Below are positions 52,680 to 64,000 of a stretch of DNA of 64,000 nt, in pieces. Below the pieces are notes generated by a model. It ran no database searches and was not told the origin of the DNA. It saw only the letters and a program-made list of their open reading frames with translations. Location: the NCBI GenBank assembly GCA_951406725.2, contig OX597832.1:1984001-2048000 (forward strand), given 5' to 3'. Position 1 is the stretch's first letter. Every line of letters starts with the position of its first letter. The translations under genes were made by a program, and so were the position numbers. Origin of the DNA: Octopus vulgaris (taxonomy: Eukaryota).

Positions 52680-54022
52680 CAATTTGGTCTTTGGTGGACT
52701 GCGAGGAGCGTGTACAACTCAGTTCCAAGCTGATGTGCGAAGTTTTTACCGTAGCGCTTCGTTCAACTATTTGGGACGCGTGCAGCTCGGAGCCAGGCGT
52801 GGACTTTAACGCCTACGCTCACAATCTGTTGCGGCTCTCGGATAGAAAGTGTAGTTCAACGAAAGGCTGATGATGAAGCCCTGCTGCATAAGGGATAAGT
52901 TTCCAAAGTTGGATGGCTTGCCCTACGGACATTATTTTCATATACCAAACATATTCGGGGGCTTCTTGGCAGATGTCAACTGCAACTGACAGAAGGATGG
53001 GAGAATTCCCAATCCGGCCAAACGAAATGTAGTGGTGTTACTGAGAAATGACCCGAACAACGGGAATGATTTCAACAACTTTAAGCGTGTAACTCAGCTA
53101 AATGCAGAAATGAAGATTTTGATCAAGATGTTAACTATGTTGTTAATGCATGTTGTCGATACTGTGGTAAATAAGGCACAGACACGTTCTACTCCAAACA
53201 GATCTATCCACAACAACCTCCACTTCATACGATACATCATACAAAGAGTGGGTAAAGAACCTGACATGGACAGCGCCCAGACCAATTTAGATCAGGTGAA
53301 AGTTTTGAATAGGATTGACCATTGATATTTAGTGGTTGTCCTCATAGTGGCTGATTTCGGACCCGTCTCCAGAAATTGGATCGCTGCTATGTACAGTGGT
53401 ATTTACTCGGTAATGAGGGGAGATGTCCATCTATCAGAATCGTTCAACATCATGCATTCCGTCTGTCAAGGCTATCCTCGCCACATCTTCTGTGCGTACT
53501 GTAGAAGTTAGAGGTTTCGAGGGACGTCCCACGTGAACTAGGATGTAAACGAGTTGTGTCAGCACATGCGGATGATTTCATCTAAATAGTGCCAATCACC
53601 AAACACATCTTGGTGATCAGCACTGCTCTGAGACATTACGAAGCGGTAACAGCGAAGCCATCATTGACTCCTTTTAATTTCCGTTTGAAAAGAAAGGTAC
53701 GAGTTAAGTGTGAGGTGGATAGTGTAGCGAGGATAGCCCGAGTAGAGGGGCTTACTATAAGCTGGTATCTCTAGAGTGAATAGAATTAATGAAAGAGGGT
53801 GTCTCCCAATGGTGATCTTGGTAGTCGGAATGACCCAGAATCATTGAAGTTCCTTGTTTACCCTTGGTGGTGCTTTTCACTGCTGGGAAATTTTGCTATT
53901 GTAAGTTTCTTGACAACTGTTATTGTTTTTATTGTTTTCAGGTCTTAATGTAAATTCCTATTGCTCTTTGTCTTTGTAATGTTTTAAATGTTTCAGAGGC
54001 CCAAATGAACAATAAAGAAAGT
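52680..54022 (+). mobile_element. Tx1/L1-like LINE RT fragment with 3' end
   Basis: LNAEMKILIKML..RSIHNNLHFIRYII..NLDQVKVLNRIDH; AHADDF; terminal caataaagaaag. Confidence 0.82.
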
Positions 54023-54029
54023 ATAATAA

Positions 54030-54440
54030 TTACTATCAGTCATTGCAGTAGGTGGAATCGCTAGCAAGTCGGACAATATGCTTAGCAGCATATTTTACGG
54101 CTCTTCACGTTGTGAGTTCAAATTGCGCTGAGGTCGAATTTCTCTTTTATCCTTTTGGGGGCGATCACAGAAGTACCAGTTGAACAATGAAGTCAATGTA
54201 CCGAAATGGCTGACCCTTCACCACAATTTTAATCCGTTATTATTAGTCCTAGGTCCGCAAGTTGGTAGAATCGTCACTTCACCGGACAAAACGCTTTACA
54301 ACATTTCTTCCAGTTCTTTATGTTCTGAATTTTGCCTATCATCCTTCCAGAGTTGATAAATTAAGTATTAGTTGAGCACAGAGGTCGGTGTTATTGACCT
54401 CCCTCCCTTCAAGATAACTCTTTGTGTCAAAATTAGAAAG
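54030..54440 (+). mobile_element. Two degraded SINE1 copies
   Basis: gaatcg..tgcttagc..gagttcaaatt motifs. Confidence 0.65.
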
Positions 54441-54448
54441 TAATAGTA

Positions 54449-54536
<88 letters not shown>

Positions 54537-54995
54537 TGAGTGAGAGAGCAGTGCATGCCATCAAAGTGACACTGGGGTAAAATATGCGAAGCCCAATATA
54601 CCCATCATGACTACCCGTCTGATAAAGGTACACTAGGCACATGCATCACAACCATATGTGCGTGACATGGTGATCTCATATCAAGATAAACAGCACATGA
54701 CCTTGCAGGTGGGGCTCAGTTAGAATTTTCTTCTGGTCGAGTAACCCATCCCACTCAAAATGTCCCTGAATAAGGTTTGTTTAAGGATGTTGAACAAAAC
54801 ACCCATGTTTCCGGAGGTGAATTATTAAAACCCCAAAGAATCCCTCTCAACACATGGCTATGATGCTCCCTCACTACTTCTGCTCGTGATCAGAGATGTA
54901 TATATCGTCAGCCACTAAGGGACATGCTCAACTGGTTAAGGTCAAACAACTGACAAGTAAATCTGTGGTATTGAGCCCTGGTACTGCATCAGGGC
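54537..54995 (-). mobile_element. Element B copy with ~95-bp internal deletion
   Basis: same 5' terminus and near-same 3' terminus as 55071-55620; (TAA)n on both sides. Confidence 0.88.
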
Positions 54996-55070
<75 letters not shown>

Positions 55071-55620
55071 GAGAGAGCAGTTCATGCCATCAAAGTGACA
55101 CTGGGGTAAAATATACGAAGCCCAATATACCCATCATGACTACCCGTCTGATAAAGGTGCACCAGGCACATGCATCACAACCATATGTGCGCGACATGGT
55201 GATCTCATATCAAGATAAACAGCACATGACCTTGCAGGTGGGGCCCAGTTAGAATTTTCTTCAGGTTGAGTAGCCCATCCCGCTCAAACGGTCCCTGAAT
55301 AAGGGTTGTTTAAGGATGTTGAAAGAACCACCCATGTTTCCAGAGGTGAACTATTCAAACCCCAAACAATCCCTCTCAACACATGGCTATGATGCTCCCG
55401 CACTACTTCTGCTCGTGATCAGAGATGCACATATCGTCAGCCACTAAGGGACATGCTCAACTGGTTAAGGTCAAACAACTGACAAGCAAATCTGTGGTAT
55501 TGAGCAGAATATTTGCTGTAGCCCATCTTTTATACCAAGACAAAACAATGTACATGATAACACTTCCAATCAGTTAAGATCAGAAGCCATGAGAACCACT
55601 GCCTGGTACTGCATCAGGGC
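55071..55620 (-). mobile_element. Element B, full-length copy (~550 bp)
   Basis: (-) starts gccctgatgcagtaccagg, ends ctgctctctc; (TAA)n on both sides; no long ORF. Confidence 0.88.
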
Positions 55621-55752
<132 letters not shown>

Positions 55753-55759
55753 CATCATT

Positions 55760-56560
55760 AGCATTTTCTTTCAATCCTGTTTTCATTTCTTGCCGAGTGT
55801 CTTTCTAACACTTAAGGCAGAGAAACGTACTGTATACATTGGTAGGCCATTAAAAGAAGAACGCTAGATTGTTCACTTACAAAGTCATGTGATAGAGAAA
55901 AGGGGGAAGACAGAGAGAAAAAAAAATAGAAAAGTAAACAAATAAAATAAAGGGGAGGGGGAGAAAATTTACAGCAACAATGCTCTTCTCACTACATGTG
56001 ACATACCAGTTAAGACAATCTTTTGCACTTCCTGCATGGATGGTAAGCCAGGGATCATTCTTAAATAATTTTCAGTTCTTTTTTTTATCATTCCAAGTGC
56101 TCCTACAATCACTGATATTGTCACCGTCTTGAGATGCCACATCTTTTCGATTTCGATTAGATGATATTTATCTTTTCTGAGCTTATCAAATTCTTTTGCC
56201 GAGATATTATGGTCACAGGGTATGCTCATATCAATCAATAAACATACCTTATTGCTTTTGTCTTTCACAACAATATCTGATTTATTTGCCTTGATTGTCC
56301 GATCTGTACATACTAGAAAGTCCCAAAGATTGGATGCATTTTCTCCATCAGTTACAGCCTCAAGGTGGTGCTTGTACCATTTGTCAGCAGTTTTGATTTT
56401 ATAATGCCGACACATTAACCAGTGTAGATATTGGCCAACTCTGTCATGTCATGATTTGAACTCTACAGATGCAAAAGCCTTACATTCAGAGATTAGGTGG
56501 TCGACGACTGTTTCTATCCCATCGTTGCAGTATCGTCACTTTCTGTCTACACCATTTTTC
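55760..56560 (-). mobile_element. R4/Dong-type LINE 3' fragment (family C)
   Basis: LWDFLVCTDRTIKANKSDIVV..LIDMSIP..VIVGALGMIKK..VQKIVLTG. Confidence 0.88.
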
Positions 56561-56577
56561 ATTATTATTATTATTAT

Positions 56578-56838
<261 letters not shown>

Positions 56839-56844
56839 TATTAT

Positions 56845-58550
56845 ATATTTGACTTTTGCTTTGTATTTGTATCAGTTGACTCCCAGTCTCACCCAGAGAC
56901 CTCAAGAGACAACAAGTTAGTTCATGCTGGTGTTATGCCTAGGGTGTCATATATTTGGCTTTGCTCGTAGCATTCTAGAGAATGTTTAAGAAAACAGAGA
57001 ATTATGAGTTTGTTTTAAAATTTGAGATTACATAGGCAGTATTTTACATAGGATTTGGGCAGATCCCATGAGCACTATCTATTGAATTTCTGCCATTTGG
57101 GGATTTCCTGATATCTGAGTTCGGTAGAAGTCAGCCCCTTTTGCTATCATTCCTAGGGTACCTATGACAACAGGTATTGTTTTAGTCTTGAGGTTCCACG
57201 TTTTCTCAATTTCTATTTCAAGATATTTATACTTGCTCAGTTTTTGGCATGTCTTAACAGATACATTTATGACGATTGGGACAGTCATATCAATGAGGAA
57301 GTATGATTTTTGTGTGAAGTCTTTCAATATAATGTCTAGCCTATTCGCATCTATCTTTCTGTCAGTTTGAATGGTGAAGTTCCAGAGGAGTGAGATGAGA
57401 TCATTTTGAAGCACTGGAGGTGGTTTGTGTTCCCACCAGATTTTATCGTGGAGCAGGTTCAGATTTTTGCAAATTATCCAGTGAATGTATTGTGTTGCTC
57501 TATCATGCTTGTTGAGATACTCTGTAGGCGCAAGAAAACTGCACGTGGAGACAACATGATCAATGGTTTCATTTTGTTGTTTACATACACGAGATGTTGG
57601 GCTACTGCCGTTCTTTAATATGTTGGCCTGATAGTTCCTTGTAGGTAGGCATTGATCTTGAGCTGCTATGATAAACCATTCTGTTTCTAATTTTAAGCCA
57701 GAAGACACAAACTATTGATAGGTAAGGGCTTTGTCAACACGGACACTATTAGCTCTCTTTGGGTATTTGCCATTGAGATATTTTTCTTGCTATCCATCAG
57801 TAAGACTTCTAAGGCAGCAGTTTTAGCACGGGTTTTCATACGCTTAACTTTTTCTGTGCGTGTTTCTAGTACGTCTAATTCTGGAATTTGTTGTATTTGG
57901 AATTCACTTAGATATTCCATTGCCTGCTTTGTTACTGAGTATGCTATATTGTTTTCATGCTTTGAGACAAGATTTAACATCCAGTCATCAGAGTTTTTCA
58001 GGTAGGTTTCTAGGCCAATTGTGGCAATCTTCATCGTTAATTCCAGTTGTAAAAGTCTACGGCCACTCTCTTTTCTCGGCAGATAAAGTCGTTCTATATC
58101 TGCCTTAGGGTGGTTCATTCTATGCATTATCAACAATTTTAATATTTTTCTGTCAGGATTACATATTTCGGTAATTGACCAGTTAATGATATTGAAACTG
58201 TAAGTCACGACCGGTATGGCTAAAGTATTGAACGCTTCGATCCTGTTTCTTGCATTCAGCTCTGTCTTGAATATTGCCCTTACTCTGCGATAAATTCTCT
58301 TCTGATCCTTTCCCTCATCACTGAATGTTTGATTCCGTCTCCTTCAAATACCCCTAGGTATTTGTAGCTCTGCCCTGGTTCTAACTCCTTTATGACATAC
58401 TGCTGGTCAAAATTAATATTGGATGTTTCTGTCATTTTTCCTTTGATAAAGGTAGCTGTTTCACAGTTATCGAGGTCAAACTGCATCCTAACATCATCAC
58501 TGAATTGTTTAACAATCACTAGTAAACCCTGTAATTGTTCATCATTTTTT
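56845..58550 (-). mobile_element. R4/Dong-type LINE (family D), RT C-terminus plus CCHC/RLE, 5' truncated
   Basis: YKYLG, HPKADIERLYLPRKESGR, ETEWFIIAAQDQ, ETIDHVVSTC, ANRLDII..LIDMTVP, PVVIGTLG. Confidence 0.92.
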
Positions 58551-58552
58551 CA

Positions 58553-58705
58553 AGTGCTGCATGCCATCAAAGTGACACTGGAGTAAAATATAGAAAATCC
58601 AGCATACCCATTATGACTACCCGTCTGATAAGGGGACACTAGGCACATGCATCACAACCATATGTGCTCGACATAAACAGTGCATGACTTTGCCAGCGGG
58701 ACCCA
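58553..58705 (-). mobile_element. Element B 3' fragment fused directly to the 5'-truncated end of family D
   Basis: tgcatgccatcaaagtgacactggagtaaaat..; no TAA tract at the junction. Confidence 0.85.
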
Positions 58706-58724
58706 ATTGTTGTTGTTGTTGTTG

Positions 58725-58779
<55 letters not shown>

Positions 58780-58864
58780 CATCATCATCATCATCATTAT
58801 TATCATTATTATTATTATTATCATCATCATCATCATCATTATCATCATTATTATTATTATTATT

Positions 58865-59072
58865 AAGGCGGCGATCTGGCAGAATCGGTAGCACGTTGGA
58901 AAAAATGCTTAGCGATATTTCGCTAGGTTCAAATTCTGTCGAGGTCGACTTTGCCTCTCATCCTTTCGAGGTCGATAAATTAAGTACCAGTAAAACACTG
59001 AGATCGATATAATCGAGTACTCCCCTCCTGCGAAATTTGAGGCCTTGTACCTCCTGTAGAAAGCATTATTAT
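58865..59072 (+). mobile_element. SINE1
   Basis: aaggcggcgatctggcagaatcg..ggttcaaattc..gtagaaagcattatt. Confidence 0.85.
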
Positions 59073-59074
59073 TA

Positions 59075-59850
59075 TTTGTAAAGAATAAAAAGTTTTGAAA
59101 AGTATAACAATGCTCTATAATACAGACAATGGGCTATATACCTGTTGTAATTTAGTCATCCATAGTTTGATATGATATTTCGGAATAATATTCCTTCTTC
59201 AGATAGCCTTAGATGGAGTTGTTGCTATAATCGGTTTCCCAACGGCTTTCTTATTTTTTTTTTTTTTTTGGAAGCGTCTCAGCAGTAGTCCCACGATGCT
59301 CCTTCCGGAATTCCTCATGAGAAGTGTGAGAAGTCGGCCACGTCTCAATCTCGTGTGTGCTGGTACATCCGTAGCGCTGCTTCTATGTTACGTATTATAC
59401 GTGCAGCTTCCTTTTTTCCCTTCTTTTTTTCTCTTCTCCCTTTTTTTTTTTTTGTTATAAACTGCAGATGAGCATATTATAAAAAATGAACCTACATGCA
59501 TCCAGATGTATCTAAATAATGTATTCCTGTTGTTAATTTGGGGCCCTAGTCTGTGTATGAGTATAGCTTCCTTAATTCTTAAATTGCCCAAAATTTTTCA
59601 TTGGCTTCAATTGTGACTGTTATGCCTTTGTCGGTGTTCTGGCATCTGTCTAGATGTTTTCTGAAGGAGGAAACTTTCGTGTTCAGATGTTCTTTGATGC
59701 GGACGAGTAAAGGCCTTGTTGTGCTACCCACATAGAACTTATTGCATTTGTTACATTGTATTCTATACACAACATTAACCCGTTGGCATAAATCTGTGTC
59801 ACGGATGGTACAGTTTGTAAGTGTACATTGATTGTTGTCCCGTGTTCGTT
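59075..59850 (-). mobile_element. Penelope-like 3' end: GIY-YIG endonuclease fragment plus pLTR
   Basis: VYRIQCNKCNKFYVGSTTRPL..RIKEH; LRIKEAILIH..PQINNR. Confidence 0.88.
59169..59207 (-). ncRNA. Minimal type-I hammerhead ribozyme in a Penelope pLTR
   Basis: (-) GCTAT-CTGAAGA-A-GGAAT-att-ATTCC-GAAA-TA-TC-ATATC; one stem-I mismatch. Confidence 0.75.
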
Positions 59851-59863
59851 TATTATTATTAGT

Positions 59864-59988
<125 letters not shown>

Positions 59989-59994
59989 CATCAT

Positions 59995-61165
59995 TCAGTA
60001 GTTTTATTTTTATAACGTGCTTTCACTTCACTACTGAGCGCAGCTCTGTGTGCCTTGGGTATGTGCTGTGATTTGTTGTGATGCTCTGATGGTTACTGTA
60101 TTGAAAGTGTTCTGTGTAGGATGTGTGCAGTGCCTAGTAGTGCAATTTTCTGTATGTTATATGTGTTTGTAAGTCCTGGTGTTTTTGTTATGTATTTGTC
60201 TGAATATTTTTTTTATCATGCCTAATGCACCTACTATGATAGGAATTGTTTCTGTTTTTATATTCCACATTCTAGTTACCTCTATTTCCAGGTCTCTGTA
60301 TCTTGAAAGTTTCTCCATTTCTTTTAGAGACACGTTGTCATCTGCTGGTATTGATACATCAATTAGAAAGCATTTTTTCTTCATGATCTCTGACAACTAT
60401 ATCTGGTCTGTGAGCCTTAATTTCTCTCTCTCTGTGTATTGGCATATCCCAGAGTATGGTTGCTTTCTCGTTTTCTGAAACCTTTTCTGGTGTGAGCCTG
60501 TACCATATTTTTTCTGCTGTTATTCCATAATGTTGGCATAGCTTCCAGTGTATGTAGCTCCCAACTCTGTCGTGTCTGTGAATATATTCCTTCTTAGCCA
60601 GGACTGGGCAGCCAGAGATAATATGATTTATTGTTTCTTGTCTATCTCCACATATTCTGCAGTTACTTGTTATATTTCTTTTCATTATGTGTTTTTAGTA
60701 ATTTCTGGTGGGTAGGCTTTGGTCTTGTGCTGCAATTAAAAATCCCTCTGTCTCTGCTTTGAGTCCTGAGCTTCTCAACCATTGTTGGGATTTTTCTTTG
60801 TCTATTTCTTTTGCATTTAGTTTAGTCCAGTACTTACCATGAAGGGGTTTTTCTTGCCATCGCTTTATCATGGTCCGTTGCTGTTCTAGTTTTAGTTTTG
60901 ATTTCATTTGCTTTATAGCTTTTGTTGTGTTTTCTTCTTCTTCTTCTTCTTCTTCTTCTTCTTCTTCTTCTTCTTCTTCTTCTTCTTCTTCTTCTTCTTC
61001 TTCTTCTTCTTCTTCTTCTTCTTCATATTTGTTAGGTGGTATGATTTCTTGTTTGTATTTGTCAGCTTCCTTAAATACCGAGAACAATTTTTTGTTTTGC
61101 TCGTGTTTTGCCGCTATTTGTATCAGTTTCCCTTGCTTCTGAAGTAGGTATTTTTGCAATCCTAT
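59995..61165 (-). mobile_element. R4/Dong family A 3' portion
   Basis: closely matches 35550-36950; has CRICG..HIISGC and an in-frame (GAA)n poly-Glu; (TAA)n on both sides. Confidence 0.93.
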
Positions 61166-61167
61166 GC

Positions 61168-61198
<31 letters not shown>

Positions 61199-61399
61199 TA
61201 CTATTGAACACAACAAACGTATTTTCGAAGGCGCGAAGTAAGTCTTGTCTAAAACTTTAGTTTACAACCGTTTGTTGTGGATTTTTTCGTTTAAATATTG
61301 TTCCAAATTGTTAATAGAAACACTAGGGACCTGCATTGGATTCCTGTGTTTGTTTAGTCCCTAACGGGGCTATATTCGGCTCATATAATTCGGTGGGCT

Positions 61400-64000
61400 T
61401 TTTAATACAATATAAATCTTGGAAGATTTAAGAAAAAAAAATGGCCCTACTCAAAAAGATTTTGTGAATGATGAAGATTTCCCTCCTCTTCCCTTAGCTA
61501 CTGATAACATTACTGGAGAGGGAGGATGAGAAAAAGAAGGGCACCAAAGTTCAAAGTCCACCTAATAGTAGCAACAGTGAAAGCACCGGCAAAAGCAGCG
61601 GCGGCAGAAATAGTAGTAGTAGTAGCAACAGCAACGCAATTCAGAATACAATGGATTTTAACGGAGAAAATAATACTACAATTGAAGATGGTAACGGCGG
61701 TGTGGAGGGTGGCAACAGTGGAAGTGGTCACAACACCACCACCATCACCACCAAAAGCATCAGGGGCAACAATAACAACAGTAACAACAAAAACAATAAC
61801 AAAGACTAGATGTAGCAAACACAAAGAAGGAATTGTTTGCACTTCTCAAGGACAAAATTCGAGAACTTTCAAAAGCAAAAGGTATCATCAAAGTTGTTAG
61901 GGATAAGACATCAGTGCTCGTACCTCTTGAAATAATAGAGGCAAGAGAAAGAAAGACAGTATATTTTCAATTCGCATCGCGGAAAATTAGGTGATCCGAA
62001 ATAGCTTCCATCAGTCACATCGAGTAGGCTCTCAGCGAAATTTTAATAGATGTGGCTTACATACAGACAGGAGGGCAGTTTGCCAGAATTGAAGTTCTCT
62101 TTAAAAAAGAAGGACTTTAAAAAAGAAGGACCCGCTCCTCAGTCCACCGGGGTGACACTGCGTGACTTCGCGCAAAGTCCTTCTTTTTTAAAGAGAAGTC
62201 ACGCAGTGTCACCCCGGTGGACTGAGGAGCGGGTCCTGTATACTACCTATCTCTGGAAGAGAACGACAATAATTAGGGTAAATGGTGTTCCACCAGGATC
62301 GTTGCCTATGCTGTGTAGGATTCAGAGGCAGAACTGTTGCGTTATCAACTTGGAGATATTAATCCATGTGAAACCAGGGAACATCGGGAAGATCCAGGAC
62401 CTGATCCAGCGGTACAACGGGGTAGAATTGCGTGTCGTCGTGAAAGGCAAGAAACCTACATGTGATATATGTGCCACCTAAGAGCCTTCTGCTCTCAAAA
62501 TTCGGAGTCACGCGGCAATACCTGCAGCCTACAGCGCACTCTAATAACAGAGGCCTTTTAATCGAATTGTAGCCTCACGCCCATCAACAACAACAACAAC
62601 AAGAGGCACGTAAACCCCATACAATGGCGAAAAGCTACCCAGGGTATCTATCAAAACAGCCCCTCTCGCCTCCTCTCTCAAGCATACACTCACACAAACA
62701 TGTTCACACTATCACAGATACACTCACTCCCCAAGACAAACTATACAGACACTAGCCATTACTCATCCTGTACTGAAGACAAGGAAGAACCCTACACAGT
62801 GAAAACACGAAAAAGGCAAAGGAAACAGAAAACAAAAGAACCTACATCTACACCCGAAAATACAGAAACCCCCAGCACATCGAACATAGACACAGCACAA
62901 ATAATACCAATACCACCATCCCCACAACCGCCATTCCAAATCCACCAATGCACTTACAACCACACATAGCCCAAGAAAGCTCACGGAGACACTAAAATAT
63001 GTGCTCGTGAGGAGAGCTAACAACAATTTGCTGGCTCTTATAGCCAAAAAACAAGCAAATTGAGAGAGAGGGTGAAATTTATGACACCAGCCACCATTGA
63101 GGTTCCGGATCAGTTTATGTTAATACGATTAACCCTCAAAGTATACAAAGATATTCAGAGGGACTTCCCGCATGACATGGCAAGGCCAAACGTCTGCGCC
63201 ACCAAGAGATACCAGATCCGGAGCACGTTTTTTTTTCTTTTCCTCAACCCTTTCAAGTCGTCATGGCGATGTCAGAATGGGATACATAAATGTTTGCATC
63301 CTGGAGTTACACTGGAAGCAATGTCTCTAGGTTTGGATGTGATAGCAGCCAGTGAGACTAGAATTTCCGACACTTGCGACCTCGTACCCATTTTCGACGA
63401 TTATGAGATCTACGCATCCATTAGTCGGCCCGGAATGGGATGCAGGATTGTAGTGCTGTTTAGGAAAGGCCTGAATCTTGAAGTTCGGACGTTCTTCCTG
63501 GACATAGAAGGTAAGTTAGTGGTCCTGGTCCTGAGCAACTGTGAAGGTGGTGCCTTTAGACTATATTTTTGTTGTTTTTGTAAAATCTCAGAAAATAATT
63601 AAAAATTCACATTTCTTCAGATTTCCTCAGACGTTTGAAGGTTTTCCTTGGGACGTCACGCTCTTCAATGTTAGTTGGTGATTGGAACGCCTTCTTGGAT
63701 GCACGCCTGGATAGGGTGGGGCAAGCTGATAGGAGATGTTGGGAGTAAAAACCTCACAAACCTGTTCAGGCGCTTTCAGTTGGCTGACAGGTACCGTCTG
63801 GATTTCCCGAATGCGCTAATGTGGACATGGGTGAACCACATCGGGCCTTCCAGATTGTATCAAGATAGAGTATGTTGTCCACGTTTCAAAGTCGTCGGCT
63901 ACACGGACTGTAGATTTGTAATCTGTACGGCCGACATATATAGGATCCATAGATAGGGCCCCGGATACTGAAAACTGAACGCGTCCTTCCAAGCTTTCAG
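61400..64000 (+). mobile_element. Decayed Tx1/L1-like LINE 5' part: ORF1 remnant plus APE endonuclease (runs off window)
   Basis: KPTCDIC..HLRAFC knuckle; LDVIAASETRI, EGKLVVL, VGDWNA, ADRYRL..WTW, GPGY*KLN. Confidence 0.82.
62095..62237. repeat. Interleaved perfect inverted repeats (24 bp and 43 bp)
   Basis: 62095-62118 = revcomp of 62174-62197; 62127-62169 = revcomp of 62195-62237. Confidence 0.95.

Overview
AT-rich, repeat-saturated eukaryotic DNA. The tRNA-derived/Nin-domain SINE families and dense microsatellites suggest an octopus/coleoid cephalopod (inference). No host protein-coding gene, rRNA, true tRNA or CRISPR array is supportable. The window is a mosaic of mostly decayed mobile elements: many R4/Dong-type RT+restriction-like-endonuclease LINE copies stacked in (TAA)n tracts, a ~550-bp non-coding (TAA)n-associated element, Penelope-like (PLE) RT and GIY-YIG fragments, Tx1/L1-like and RTE LINE relics, a Gypsy integrase plus probable 3' LTR, Tc1 and mariner relics, a MITE, a non-autonomous Helitron and three SINE families. 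Most notable, read by eye: seven minimal type-I hammerhead-ribozyme (HHR) motifs. One has a U3-A8 compensatory core, one has a long stem-II insertion, and one lies inside the probable Gypsy LTR between ~50-bp inverted repeats (retrozyme-like layout). Element boundaries are approximate unless a TSD or terminus is quoted.
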